Assembly: GCA_000934665.2 (NCBI GenBank)
Contig: JYFJ02003279.1
Span: 1 to 44,057, forward strand
Length of the DNA: 44,057 nucleotides
Source: Catajapyx aquilonaris
Taxonomy: Eukaryota
Reading direction: 5' to 3'
The position numbers and the translations under genes were made by a program. The notes beneath the pieces are model-generated. The model ran no database searches. It saw only the letters and a program-made list of their open reading frames with translations, and was not told the origin of the DNA. Below, piece after piece: positions 21,940 through 33,570 of the stretch (position 1 is the stretch's first letter; every line of letters starts with the position of its first letter).

Positions 21940-22162
21940 AACCGAGTGCGCAGCACAGTTCGCGCAGTGTTCACGGTTGGAAGTATCTCCCAAAAAATAT
22001 AATGCATAATTATACCGATAAATAGGCACTGCACTTATTTCCAACGCTACGTTTGCTGATGGTACAAAATGGCTGACGTTTGCGACGTTGCCGAGGCTCT
22101 AACTGGCAACGTTGTTGTCACAACAATGGCAAATGGAGCTGCGCGAGTGTCGGTGCGTACTA
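21940..22162. mobile_element. Family D TIR element
   Basis: AACCGAGTGCGCAGCACAGTTCGCGCAG...GCACTTATTTCCAACGCTAC...GAGCTGCGCGAGTGTCGGTGCGTAC. Confidence 0.72.
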
Positions 22163-22885
22163 TAGGTTTAGTTCACAATTTGGCTGATATTTACTCGTAT
22201 TACTGTTTTTAAAAAATGAAGATACGAATCGATCCACTTAATCCGGTTATTTGGCGTTCCTTCAACTGTTAAGCGGCTAATGGCAGGTGAATCACAGGCT
22301 ATTAGTGTATACATTCGTCAAGCTATGGCATAAGTAACTGTCACGAAATAAGTGTGATGGCAGAGGTCTTTTTGCTGAGTAGGTGTATCAGGTTGAATGA
22401 AATAAAACGGTCCAGTTGGAGTGCCCTGTAAAGTGGTCGCAAACGGTGAGCGTACAACGCCGTAGTACAAGCCCCATGATGCAATATTGATATGCCTTCG
22501 AGCCGGTTACATTATTAGCGTAGTCGGAAGTGACGAGCATCTTTGTAACCACCAACTCCGGGCTCTGACAGAGAGTCGAAATGCCAATCGGAAGTAAACG
22601 CGAATTAAACCTGGCAGACCTGCAGTGCATACACGCCAATGCTGCCATATGGATTTCAAGCTTCACGGATGAGGGTTTTTTCTATGTTATAATATGCCTG
22701 GCAGCAGCGATTATTCCTTTCCGGAACAATTATTCAACCGGAATAGCAAGTTACGCGTGCCGACAAGTTACGTCACCAGTCAACTCCCATCATGCACAAA
22801 GGTTTTCGCAGCACTTCCTCAGTACATCGCAATATGGATAAAACACTGGGTTGTTACGACCAGTTTTCAACGGTATCACCTGCTC

Positions 22886-24362
22886 ATTTAGCAGTTACTT
22901 CTAATGGTTATCTAAAATACTCTAATTTTAATGGTTATCAGGTCATTTAGCAGTTACTTTATTGGTTATTTAGCAGTTACTTTATTGGTCATTTAGCAGT
23001 TACTTTATTGGTTATTTAGCAGTTACTTTATTGGTTATTTAGCAGTTACTTTATTGGTTATTTAGCAGTTAATTTCAATGGTTATTGAGTAAGATATATT
23101 TAGCAATTTATTTCAATGGTTATCATTGATAACCATTGAAATAAATTGCTAAATAACTTGATAACCATTGAAATAAATTGCTAAATAACTTGATAACCAC
23201 TGAAATTGCTAAATAGCTTGATAACCATTGAAATAAATTGCTAAATAACTTGACAACTATTGAAATAAATTGCTAAATAACTTGATAACATCAAATTATT
23301 TGGCAATTTATTTCAATGGTTATATCAGGCTATTTAGCTGGTTATTTAGCAGTTACCTTTAATGGTTATTGAGTAGGATATTTAGCAGTAACTTATCGGT
23401 TATTTAGCTGTTAATTTCAATGGTTATTTATCAGGATATTTAAGTTAATTTCAATGGTTATTTATCAGGATATTTAAGTTAATTTCAATGGTTATTTATC
23501 AGGATATTTAAGTTAATTTCAATGGTTATTTATCAGGATATTTAAGTTAATTTCAATGGTTATTTATCAGGATATTTAAGTTACTTTATTGGTCTGGTTA
23601 TTTAGTTGTTCATTGTAATATGGTTATAATTATATCAAGTTATTTAGAAGTTACTTATTGGTTATAAGATTTATTTTAATGGTTATCTATCAGGTTATTC
23701 AGCAGTTACTTAGTGGGACGTCATGGTTATTTAGCATTACTTATTGATTACTTAGTCTTATAGTTACTTTTGGGTATTAGTAGATAATTTCAATGGTTAT
23801 TTATCAGGTTATTTAGCATTTATACTTCATTGATTATTTAGCAGTTAATTTTAATGATTATCATTCATCAGGGAATTTATCAATCAGCTATTGGTTATTT
23901 AACAGTATCTTTAGTGGTTCTTTAGCAATTAATGTAAATGATATTTATCAGTTATCTATTGGTTACTTAGCAGTTACTTTATGGGTTATTTAGCAGATAA
24001 TGTTAATAGTCTATATCACGTTACTTGTCAGCTACTTGTGACTGAGTTATTTAGCAGTAAATTTGAACGGCTATTTATCAGGCTATTTAGCAGTCACTCG
24101 TGAGTTATTTAGTAGTAAATTTTAATGGCTATTTATCAGGATATTGATTATTTAGCAGTTGACTATTTACTATTACTATTACTACAGTATTACCTATTTA
24201 GCAGTTGACTATTTACTATTACCTATTACTACAGTATTACCTATTTAGCAGTTGACTATTTACTATTACCTATTACTACAGTATTACCTATTTAGCAGTT
24301 GACTATTTACTATTACCTATTACTACAGTATTACCTATTTAGCAGTTACCTTTAATGGTTAT
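22886..24362. repeat. Compound AT-rich minisatellite (TTATTTAGCAGTTA core) with 23-, 34- and 47-bp subarrays and an inverted block
   Basis: 23-bp units about 22945-23070; inverted units 23127-23290; 34-bp units 23410-23590; 47-bp units 24149-24345. Confidence 0.88.
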
Positions 24363-25208
24363 GGAACAGCTCGAATTCCCACATGAATAGTTACATATAT
24401 GAAGGTCGAGCATGCGTTTGGCACATTGATGCACCGCACTTGTAATATTAGCCCCCGCCTACCAGTCATTATGCGCATCATTTAGCACCAAAACTCGGAT
24501 TACCAATTCAAATATATTGTGTCAAAACCCACGCTAAATTAGTCGCATTAAATAGTAGGGGTTTTTAAAGAGTACGTAGCACTGTGATACACTAGGGAGC
24601 GAGGGATTTTAAAAAATGGCGAATTTCGTCACGCCTTGTTATTTTTCCTTGTGCGCTTGGGAACGGCCTCCAAAGAGTACAGTACAAGGACACGATGCTA
24701 TGTACCCTGTACACACACATTAAGCCGAAAAATTAATGGTATGCACCCTAAGGGATCTCTACCAACACGATTCTGGTGTTAGTGGTGCCCAGCAACGTGG
24801 TGCTTAGTAATCATGAAATACCTCTTCTGAGACTGGCTCGGAGTCTACGGTGCGCCGGTACACTTCCATTCATCACCGTTGTTCCCTCCAACAACACACA
24901 CTCACACTATAACCACACTCGACCACCACCACAACCTCTGCTGCCAGACTGAGGAATTTCTGGTGTGATGACCCACCGGGGTGACGTAGCCTCCCAGCAT
25001 AACACCCGCCCTCTACACCAACCACAAACCACAGGCACGGACACCAGTTGGCTCCCGGCCACCAACCAAGGTCAGTACATTGGCAACAAAGCCACGTTTC
25101 ACTTTTAGTACGCAGGAAGCAAATCCCTCAAATACTTTTCGTCCGGACTCTGGGGTTAACAACTTCTTGGACCAGAACCTGCTATACCCCACCAAGGATT
25201 TTTTTTAA

Positions 25209-25671
25209 ACGAGCGCAACCGAGTGCGCACCACAGTTCGCGCATCTTGCACGGTTGGAATTATGCATCGATACCGCCAAACGTGGTGGGATTGTGCCAGG
25301 TGGGGTGAGATTGTGCCAACGCATTTTTTTTGGACAACAATGCGTCCTGCTGGCAGCAAAACGAGAGAATTTAGGCATTGTTTACTACTATGAGCGACAA
25401 TCAAGGTTGGAAATGACGAATAAAATTCCCCAAAAGTTGTCCCCCAAAAAATACGCTGGCATAATCTCACCCCACCTGGCACAATCTCACGTGGTTTTAC
25501 GGTCGATGTTAAGCTGTACTGCGCTGCACTTATTTCCAACGCTACTCTTGGGCGGGGGGGGGGGGGGGTGACGTNGGGCGACGTTGCCGAGGCTCTCGGA
25601 AGATACTGGTCTGACTCCTTGGGAGTAATTCAGGCAACTTTAGAGCTGCGCGAGTGTGGGTGCGCACTCGT
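25209..25671. mobile_element. Family D TIR element carrying a nested MITE
   Basis: ACGAGCGCAACCGAGTGCGCACCACAGTTCGCGCA...GAGCTGCGCGAGTGTGGGTGCGCACTCG. Confidence 0.75.
25273..25502. mobile_element. About 230-bp TIR element nested inside a family D copy
   Basis: GATTGTGCCAGGTGGGGTGAGATTGTGCCAACGCATTTTTT inverted as AAAAAATACGCTGGCATAATCTCACCCCACCTGGCACAATC; ends CCG..AAA / TTTTACGG. Confidence 0.75.
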
Positions 25672-25742
25672 CTAATAGTGACCAACAGAATGTACGTGTA
25701 AGTGTCCGTTTGAGATGTACATAAGGAAAGAAAAATACTCAC

Positions 25743-25824
25743 CAACTGCATTGTCCTTAAGTTTGGACGCCTGTTTCATCTTGGGATTAGGCGGATCGAC
25801 GCCATGGGACTGCCCTGCAGCTCC
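25743..25824 (-). CDS. ATP8B: ATP8B distal internal exon (GAAGQSHGVDPPNPKMKQASKLKDNAV)
   Basis: Strong acceptor TTTTTTACAG and donor G|GTGAGT; 82 nt, phase 0 in, phase 1 out, fits the 12475 exon. Confidence 0.7.
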
Positions 25825-26594
25825 CTGTAAAAAATGACCAAAAAATAATAATATTACACGAACCTGAGAAAATCCACCTTAGTTATACTGAGATCGTAGT
25901 CTTGACACCTGTTGGCGCTGCCAGACCGTGATATACACAGGGAGAGACTCGCACTGTATGCTCTCCAATACATTTCTTTCAACCCCCCACCTCTCCTCCC
26001 AAGACCACAAACAGCGATTCGACTCAAAACGAATTCCACATCACGTCCTTTTCCTCGCCATTGCTCAAATAAGTCGATTAGTGTCGCCCTTCTGAGATTC
26101 TGGGTGCGAAAATTGAGAAGGGCAAGGGTCATGCTATTTGAATGCATTGCAATGGATGTCAAATAGTTAGCTAATATTAGTAAGGAATGTTAACTAGCTG
26201 CTTTTTCTTAAGAGAAATATTAGAGCACATCTATAATAATCCTTCGTTGTATGACCGAAACTTCTGATTGGCCCGCATTTGCACACTTCCGATTGGCCCA
26301 GTTCTGCGCCTGCGCAGTGGAAGGACGGAGGCGGAACTATTCAGTTGCTGGCTGGCTGGCGGCAGGGTAACGTCGCGGGTCGTCTCTCCCGTCACCTTTG
26401 TAATATAAAATCCTTGCCTGGCAGAGATTTTTGATTGGCCCGCATTTGCACGACACTTCCGATTGGCTCCCGTTTTGCGCCTGCGCAGTGGGAGGAGGAA
26501 CTACCCTATTCAGTTGCTGGCTGGCTGGCGGCACGTTAACATGGCGGGTCGTCTCTCCCGTCACATTCGTAATATAAAATCCTCGTTTTATCGA

Positions 26595-26773
26595 AGCCGG
26601 TATCCACGTACGAGATTCTCGCATACGAGGTGCCGCGAGGAGCCAACTGCGCATGCCCAGATACGAGAAAGTTGAAAATTTTCAACTTTTTCCCCTTTCC
26701 TCGTATCTGGGCATGCGCAGTTGGCTCCTCGCGGCTCCTCGTATGCGAGAATCTCGTACGTGGACACCGGCCT
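26595..26773. mobile_element. 179-bp palindromic MITE, PIF/Harbinger-like ends
   Basis: AGCCGGTATCCACGTACGAGATTCTCGCATACGAGG...CCTCGTATGCGAGAATCTCGTACGTGGACACCGGCCT; flanks CGA / TGA. Confidence 0.82.
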
Positions 26774-26909
26774 TGATTGGCCAGCCTACCACACGACACT
26801 TCCGATTGGCTCCCGTTTTGCGCCTGCGCAGTGGGAGGAGGAACTATTCAGTTACTGGCTGGCTGGCGGCAGGTTAACATCGCGTGTCGTCTCTCCTGTC
26901 ACCTTCCTA

Positions 26910-27129
26910 GGGCCGAATTCAGAGAGGTTGTTTAACGTAAACGCGCCCGATTAAATCCTTTAGTCATCCTCGATTAGCAAATTTAATCAACCTGCTAATA
27001 CAAAGACGGCGATTAGCGCTAAACGCCCCCTAATCGCACTTGCTAGCACTTTTAAATTTGCTAATCGAGGATGACTGAAGGATTTAATCGGGCGCGTTTA
27101 AGTTAAGCAACCTCTCTGAATTCGGCCTC
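26910..27129. mobile_element. About 220-bp palindromic MITE, GGCCGAATTCAGAGAGGTTG ends
   Basis: Inverted arms of about 75 bp: GGCCGAATTCAGAGAGGTTG...CCTCGATTAGCAAATTTAA / TTAAATTTGCTAATCGAGG...CAACCTCTCTGAATTCGGCC; interrupts a family E unit. Confidence 0.85.
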
Positions 27130-28529
27130 TAATATACAATCCTTGTCTGGCAGAGGTTTCTGATTAGCCCGCATTTGCACACTTCCGATTGGCCCAGTTC
27201 TGCGCCTGCGCAGTGGAAGGACGGAGGCGGAACTATTCAGTTGCTGGCTGGCTGGCGGCAGGTTAACGTCGCGGGTCGTCTCTCCCGTCACCTTCGTAAT
27301 ATAAAATCCTCGTTTTACCGAAGCTTCTGATTGGCCAGCCTGCCACACGACACTTCCGATTGGCTCCCGTTTTGCGCCTGCGCAGCGGCAGGAGGAACTT
27401 AACAGTTGCTTTCTGGCTGGCGGCAGGTATAACATCGCGACTCTTCTCCCTGATCCACCTCCACCGCGACGGGGAGCCGAATCGGTCGCTGGGTATATGG
27501 GTTTTTCTAGTACTTTTTCATTCCCGCTTACAATAGATTCAACTATTGACCTCGGACTCTGGAGCGTTCCAAGTGGGTCATTATCAATGTTGCAATGTCA
27601 TTGTAATTCGTGCTTGAATTCGAGATAATATTTCGATAGCGCCTCAAATTATGTTTATATAATTAGCAGCTTGGTTTACCCCCCAAAAAATATATACCTA
27701 ACGCCAAGAGTCTTGCAGAAATTGCAAAGAAAAAGTAAAAGCTCACAATGAAGTTGCTCATATGTAACAATAGACCATATCTGTACAATGGATATTTAAA
27801 AAAAGGACAAAAGACTGGAGAATGTAATCAGTCCAGCATCGAATGGATATGCACACAGTTCATGTGACGATATTGTTTTGGAGCATTGTGTCATTCGCGT
27901 CAATAACGTCTGAATGCGCAAAATGGCCTGTTACACAAACGGCGACTATTGAAGAAACGTATACTGTATTCATTGTGTACACGGCTCACAGATCAATTCC
28001 ACAATATTGGCAGAAGCAGCACGAACTGCGTTATTGCTGCGTGTAAGACGTGTACTAAAACAATGCATTTTATACACGAAAATAAATTCGCAATTACATG
28101 GTGTACGTAAATGTCATCATAAAATTATGCACATGAGCATCTGTACTGTACATTTATGTATTTTTTTAAGTTTCTCAATAAGATCACCTTTCAACTCACA
28201 CTGATATTTTTGGTTGCAATTTGGAGCTAGTTTTTTTTTCTCTCTCTCTAATGATCACAATTGGTTTTTCGCCAATATCGCAAAACTGTAATAGAGACAT
28301 TTATATCTGATCGGTCGATTCATATTACATGAAATCCAATATATTTCAATTAATACAGCACGAAACCGTAACGGATTATCTGGAAAATTGTCGAATTTGC
28401 TTCTTTTTTTTTTTACATGAACATGGTAAATTTACTTCCCAAAAATTAAGTTAAGTTTCACATCTGAACATTACAATTTAATTTAATGCAATTTTGTCGT
28501 TTGTTTCCATAGGATTATCCGGTGCTCAC

Positions 28530-28598
28530 CTGCAACTTCCTACTCATGGCGTCCACTTTCGGAGACCGAAAGCAGAAGAAAATGTTGGAGGTCTTCAT
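28530..28598 (-). CDS. ATP8B: Candidate ATP8B alternative first coding exon (MKTSNIFFCFRSPKVDAMSRKLQ)
   Basis: CAG|GTGAGC donor, phase 0, joins 25824 exon in frame; frame stays open upstream to a possible acceptor near 28739. Confidence 0.55.
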
Positions 28599-30434
28599 CC
28601 TTTTTTTTTTTCTTTCCTTTCGCCCTTTAGTGACTGCCACTAATCCATCTTTTAGGTTGTTAAAAGCATGTTTGTATATCAAACACAGCGACGTCCGAGG
28701 ATATTCATAGCACTGTCCATCATGTCCACTACACCGCACTTTTCAGATTGAGGAAAAACCAAACAACATCAATCGATTTGGCCCCCCTTTTTTTTTGCAC
28801 AAATTCGCACATTTGACCCCCTTACGACCTTTTCGTAGGTGGGCGAAATGGCGGAAGTAAACATGGCAAAAGAAAACCCAGAAGTGTATGTGCTCTTATA
28901 AGTGAAGATCAACATGCTCTTTGTTGTAAAAACTAACAGTGTTGAAGTAACTCTAACCCTTCGAAACCAAAGTTTGCAGTCAAATTACATGATGGTGCAA
29001 TGTCCACAAGTGAATTATTTACCAGTGTTGCTGTAAACAATCCATGAAACCAATTTGCCCTCTTATCTAAAAAAAAAAAAATCTCCATAAAGTCGTGCAC
29101 AGTATGACTAAAAATGGGTCTGCACAAAATTGGATATTCATCGCAATATTTCGTAACAGTTTTTTTCCCCCTCTGATATGACCACCTGACCAATCCTCTA
29201 ATCAAAACCTATGTTACAAAGGGTCATTGCTGCAATAGTTATTAACCCTCCAATGGCCTCCCTATACATTTTTTTTTAACCAGCAAAAGTCCACCGTATT
29301 TCATAACGGTCAGCAAAATAAATGATTCAGGTCAGTCGATACCGTGTGTGGAGGTCAGACAAAAGATGATTATCGCCGCCTACTTGCACTTGACCACTCC
29401 CAGGGAATCCGGTATTAGCCTTAAAAGGCACCCCCATAATGCGCGAACATGATCCGGATAACTGGGTAATTACTTCCCAGCTTGTAATCATCCTTTTAGT
29501 TATAATAAAGTACAAAAAAATTGCGACTCTTCTTCAATGGGACGTATCAACTCGGATGATCTTTACTATGCGACGACACAATAACGTTCGTCGTACAGCA
29601 ATTTTGGCGGTTACATAACCCACAATAAGCAACCAGCTCCTCAATTAGCTAAAATTATCACGGTAATGGACGGACCGTGCCTGGCGGGGCCACAAAGACT
29701 CCGAACTGCCCCCAACTTCCACCCATTTCGTCTCGTAGTAAAGATCAGCCGAAAATAGACGAGTAGCCGCCAGTGCATCACGAGGTCATCGACTATAGTA
29801 CTATGCATATTGGATCAGTAAATGTCCGACGATGCATCCGTCGCTGCTGAATGTGCATTTCCTAGATAGAAGATGTCCCAATCGATATCCAACCGACCTG
29901 TAGTGCACACACTGTGACCGACTGTTAAATAATAAATGTATTCAACCAATTTGCTCCGGTACACTTCACGAACCGGACAATTCCGTGGGTTTCGCTGTTG
30001 TGAACCATGAAAAGATATCATCGTGAAACAATCTGGATTGTTGCTGCAATTACGTCACTTGTGTACGTTCAATTACCAACAGGTTACAAGCCGGATTATC
30101 GGATCCAATCACTGGCTCCCCCCTTTTTATCACCGACGCCGCTTGTTACTGTAGCAATAGTGGCCATGCGATAATGCTTGTTTGCTAACCAACAAAACAC
30201 AGGCTGATGATATCCATTACTGAAATAGTCATTTCGTCCTGCCGTCCGTCGTTTAGGTATTCGCAAAAAATTTTACAAGACATTTTGTACGACTTCACTG
30301 CACTCTTAGAAGGACATGTAAAACTGACAGCGAGTTACGCCCACTGTGCTGTCATACCGCGCAATTTTATTAGTCGCGTTTATATTACACAACCGCGAAC
30401 TCCCGTCCTTTGGGTTAGTCCCACGTTTGCTAAA

Positions 30435-31450
30435 CGGCGTGTTTAAAGTAAACTACCTCTTTGAATTCCGCTCTTTGTGGTAGCATCACTCTGTGCTAAT
30501 TATAACTAATCGTTTAAGGCTGACAACCTCCCTAAACTCCGCGTGTTTAAATCAGACGACAACTCTGAATTCAACCACCCGTTGATGCCACGTTGTTCAA
30601 TTTTAAACGGCACAAGTTAGACAACCTCTCTGAATTCCGCTCTTGGTAGCACCACACCATATCCTAATTATAATGACTCGTCTAAGTCTGAAAACCTATC
30701 TAAACACCGCACAAATGTAAACAGCGCGTTTAAGTTAGAGGCCATCTCTGAATACGGCCTTGCGTTGATGCCACATCGTTCAATTTTAAACAGCACTAGT
30801 TAGACAACCTCTCTGAATTCCGCTCTTTGTGGTAGCAGCACATATGCTAATTATAGCGACTCGTTTTAAGTCTGACAACCTCAAAACTCTGCGGGTGGAT
30901 TGCGAAGACGGAGTTTAAACAGGCTCAGTTAGATCGCGGTTTAAACCGGGGTTCCGCTTGCAAAGACGGGGTTTAGCCCCAGGTTTAGCATGGAGAGAGG
31001 ACCTTTGCAATACACCCCGCGTGAATTAAGTTAGACAACTCTGAATTCAACCGCGCGTTGATGCCACATATCGCTCAATTTTAAACAGCACAAGTTAAAC
31101 AACCTCTCTGAATTCCGCTCGTTGTGGTAGCATCACAATATGCAATGTTAACGACGCGTTTAAGTCAGACGACGTAAACTCCACACAAATTGTAAACAGC
31201 GCCGGTTAAGTTAGACGCCAACTCGAAATTCAACCAACCTTCCGTTTGTTGCCACATCATTCAATTTTAAATAGCACAAGTTAGACAATTTCTCTGAATC
31301 CCGCTGTTTGTGGTAGCATCATACTATGTAATCTCGTTTAAGTCTGATCCCAACTCCGCACAAAATTTTAAGTTAGACGAATTCAACCACGCGTTGTTGC
31401 CACATCGTTCAATTTTAAACGGCACTAGTTAGCCAACCTCTCTGAATATC
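30435..31450. repeat. Degenerate tandem array (150-190 bp period) containing AAGTTAGACAACCTCTCTGAATTCCGC
   Basis: Motif recurs near 30450, 30615, 30800, 31092, 31278, 31428, alternating with TTG(A/T)TGCCACATCGTTCAATTTTAAAC. Confidence 0.82.
30893..31018. mobile_element. Small TIR insertion inside the tandem array
   Basis: GGGTGGATTGCGAAG...CTTTGCAATACACCC; accounts for the one over-long period. Confidence 0.6.
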
Positions 31451-33363
31451 CACTTTTTTCAACCAAGAGCACACACACTTCCAAGAAGAAAAAAATACCA
31501 CGTGCAACACACACATGCACATGTGTACCGTCCGTATTATGTAAATGGTGGGTGAGAAGAGGTGTTAAGAGGGTGGTGGGGGTGGGGGTGGTGGGGGGTG
31601 ACTGGAAGGGTCCGAATGTCCGGCAAAGCGACGAGAGGTGAGACACTAGACTAAAGGCAAAGGCAGGCAGGTTTGGGCCCACATTGAAAAACCGGCACCG
31701 TATCGACTATGTGACTCCGTCTACGCATGAGCACAGTTTTCACAAATCGACTACACATATACACCTGGGCAAGGTGGAAGGGGACAGAGGTGGGTGCATA
31801 TCCCATCCATCACATCCCCCACCATGGGGGGAAAAAGGCACAATAAATTTACAAAAGGTCACGTGAAACGTCACCACATGATTGTTACACTCGCTTTTTT
31901 TATTTATATTTAATATAACAAAATGGCATGATACATACGCTATACTGTATGTCCATTTGATTCTATTGTGAGCCGCATAAATTCATATGTCGCAAGTACT
32001 TATTACATAAATATCGAATTGCATTGATATATCAAAAACCGACCGATATTTCAAATATACGTATATGTTACATCAAATAAAAATATCGCAAATATCCTAA
32101 ATACGATTAATGTCTATTCATGTAAATACAGGACGTGCCCGTTCTTCGCACGTCCTGTTGCCATGGTTTGAATGCCCCATGAAAACAAGTTGCCATGTGG
32201 ACAAACAAACCAACTTTCCTTTACATACCAAACTTGGGACACTTGAATATATAGTTGTTAAATTTCGTTTGCTCATAAAATATTATTAAAAATTAAACAA
32301 AAAATTTTTCAGGCACATCTAGGTTAAGTTGGGTACTAAAATGTCAACAATGTTAAAGCCAACTGACGTATATTTCATCCCAAATGGTAACTCGAACTTG
32401 ACACCAAAATTAGCCCTTTAAAAAAAAAAAATTAGCGAAATATTTTGCACCGCCCATTTCAGTAGCTTTCAATCACAGCACTCTTGCAAGAATAATTCTT
32501 CCGGATATACAATTTGGCGTTTGTTTACGCCAGGGATATAATTATAGTCGATTTCAATCAGCCCGGTGTCAATCACGAGGTGAATTAACCGGAGTATTGA
32601 ATCAGACGTGTATAATTATTTTTTTTTTCATCCTATGGAAATTATTGCTCCATCACAAAATAATTCGCCCAATTCTTTGGTTAACACTACAATTGTTAAC
32701 TGCACTGCACTTACTGCCATGTTGTCCAGACAAGACGATTCGTCAACATCTGCAACGTGTGACAACTTTACACGACTCTATACCACGACAATTTTGTTGT
32801 TGTGAAAGTTCCGGATCATATATGAAGCAATATCCGGGAAACAAGCACATAGTAAGTAGCGTTTGTTATAAACTAGCCACGCTAATTTTCTGCCAAATTA
32901 TATCCCCTCTATTTACCTTGTTATTGTTTCCGGCCCGTAATTGCAAACAGTTACTCTTTACGAGGAATTCGCGGTACAGTATGGATCAGATAGTTAGTGA
33001 ATTTTTTTTAACAAATTCAATTTCAATACGTGTAATTGAGCAACCGCAGAGTACGTGCAAAACAAAACTTTTATGCATATAAGGAAACACTAAGGTTATT
33101 TACGGCCTGTTAAAATTATTTTCTTAAAAGCCGACTGACGAGTATATCCACGATCGTCATTTAAGACCGACTTGTATAGTACAGCGTACAGGTCAATATA
33201 AATAAAATTTGTACAAATTAAAATAATCACAATCGTCACCTACAGATAAAATTTTTTAACGCTTCATTGTTCCTCTCTGAGATTCGTTCCAAAGCTTTGG
33301 CAACGTCGCAAACGTCGGCCATTGCGTCGGCCGTGCGAAGAACTGCTAGTAAATAAATCTACA

Positions 33364-33570
33364 CATGGTGGTCCAAGTTCAAGTGTCGTTTTATAACGGC
33401 GATTAATAGAAGCGCTTAACGATGACGTAGCAGCGACGTGTAAAATTGCCCACTTCGATGGCGCCGAAGATGCGCCGAAGTGGGACATTTTACGCGTCGC
33501 TGCTACGTCATCGCAAAATCACTGCTATTAATCGCCGTTATAAAACGACACTTGAACTTGGACCACCCTG
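33364..33570. mobile_element. MITE family A, copy 3
   Basis: Near-identical 207-bp copy (left end CATGGTG); flanks CA / TA. Confidence 0.92.

Larger units (their letters stand above)
26255..27450. repeat. Tandem array of five about 167-bp units (family E) interrupted by two palindromic insertions
   Basis: TGATT(G/A)GCC starts at 26265, 26432, 26774, 27161, 27328; unit core CACTTCCGATTGG...TGCGCCTGCGCAG...CAGTTGCTGGCTGG...GTCGTCTCTCCCGTCAC. Confidence 0.9.

Noticed and set aside
25854..26162. 102-aa minus-strand ORF directly upstream of exon 25743-25824
   Set aside because: Its nearest donor (about 25863) would make a 39-bp intron in the wrong phase; no recognisable protein features.
20503..29752. 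Shared 24-mer TCGTC(G/T)CGTAGTAAAGATCAGCCG at about 20505 and 29728
   Set aside because: Too short to define an element; probably a fragment of another old repeat.
32597..33082. 161-aa plus-strand ORF
   Set aside because: Non-ATG start, AT-rich, no motif or splice support.
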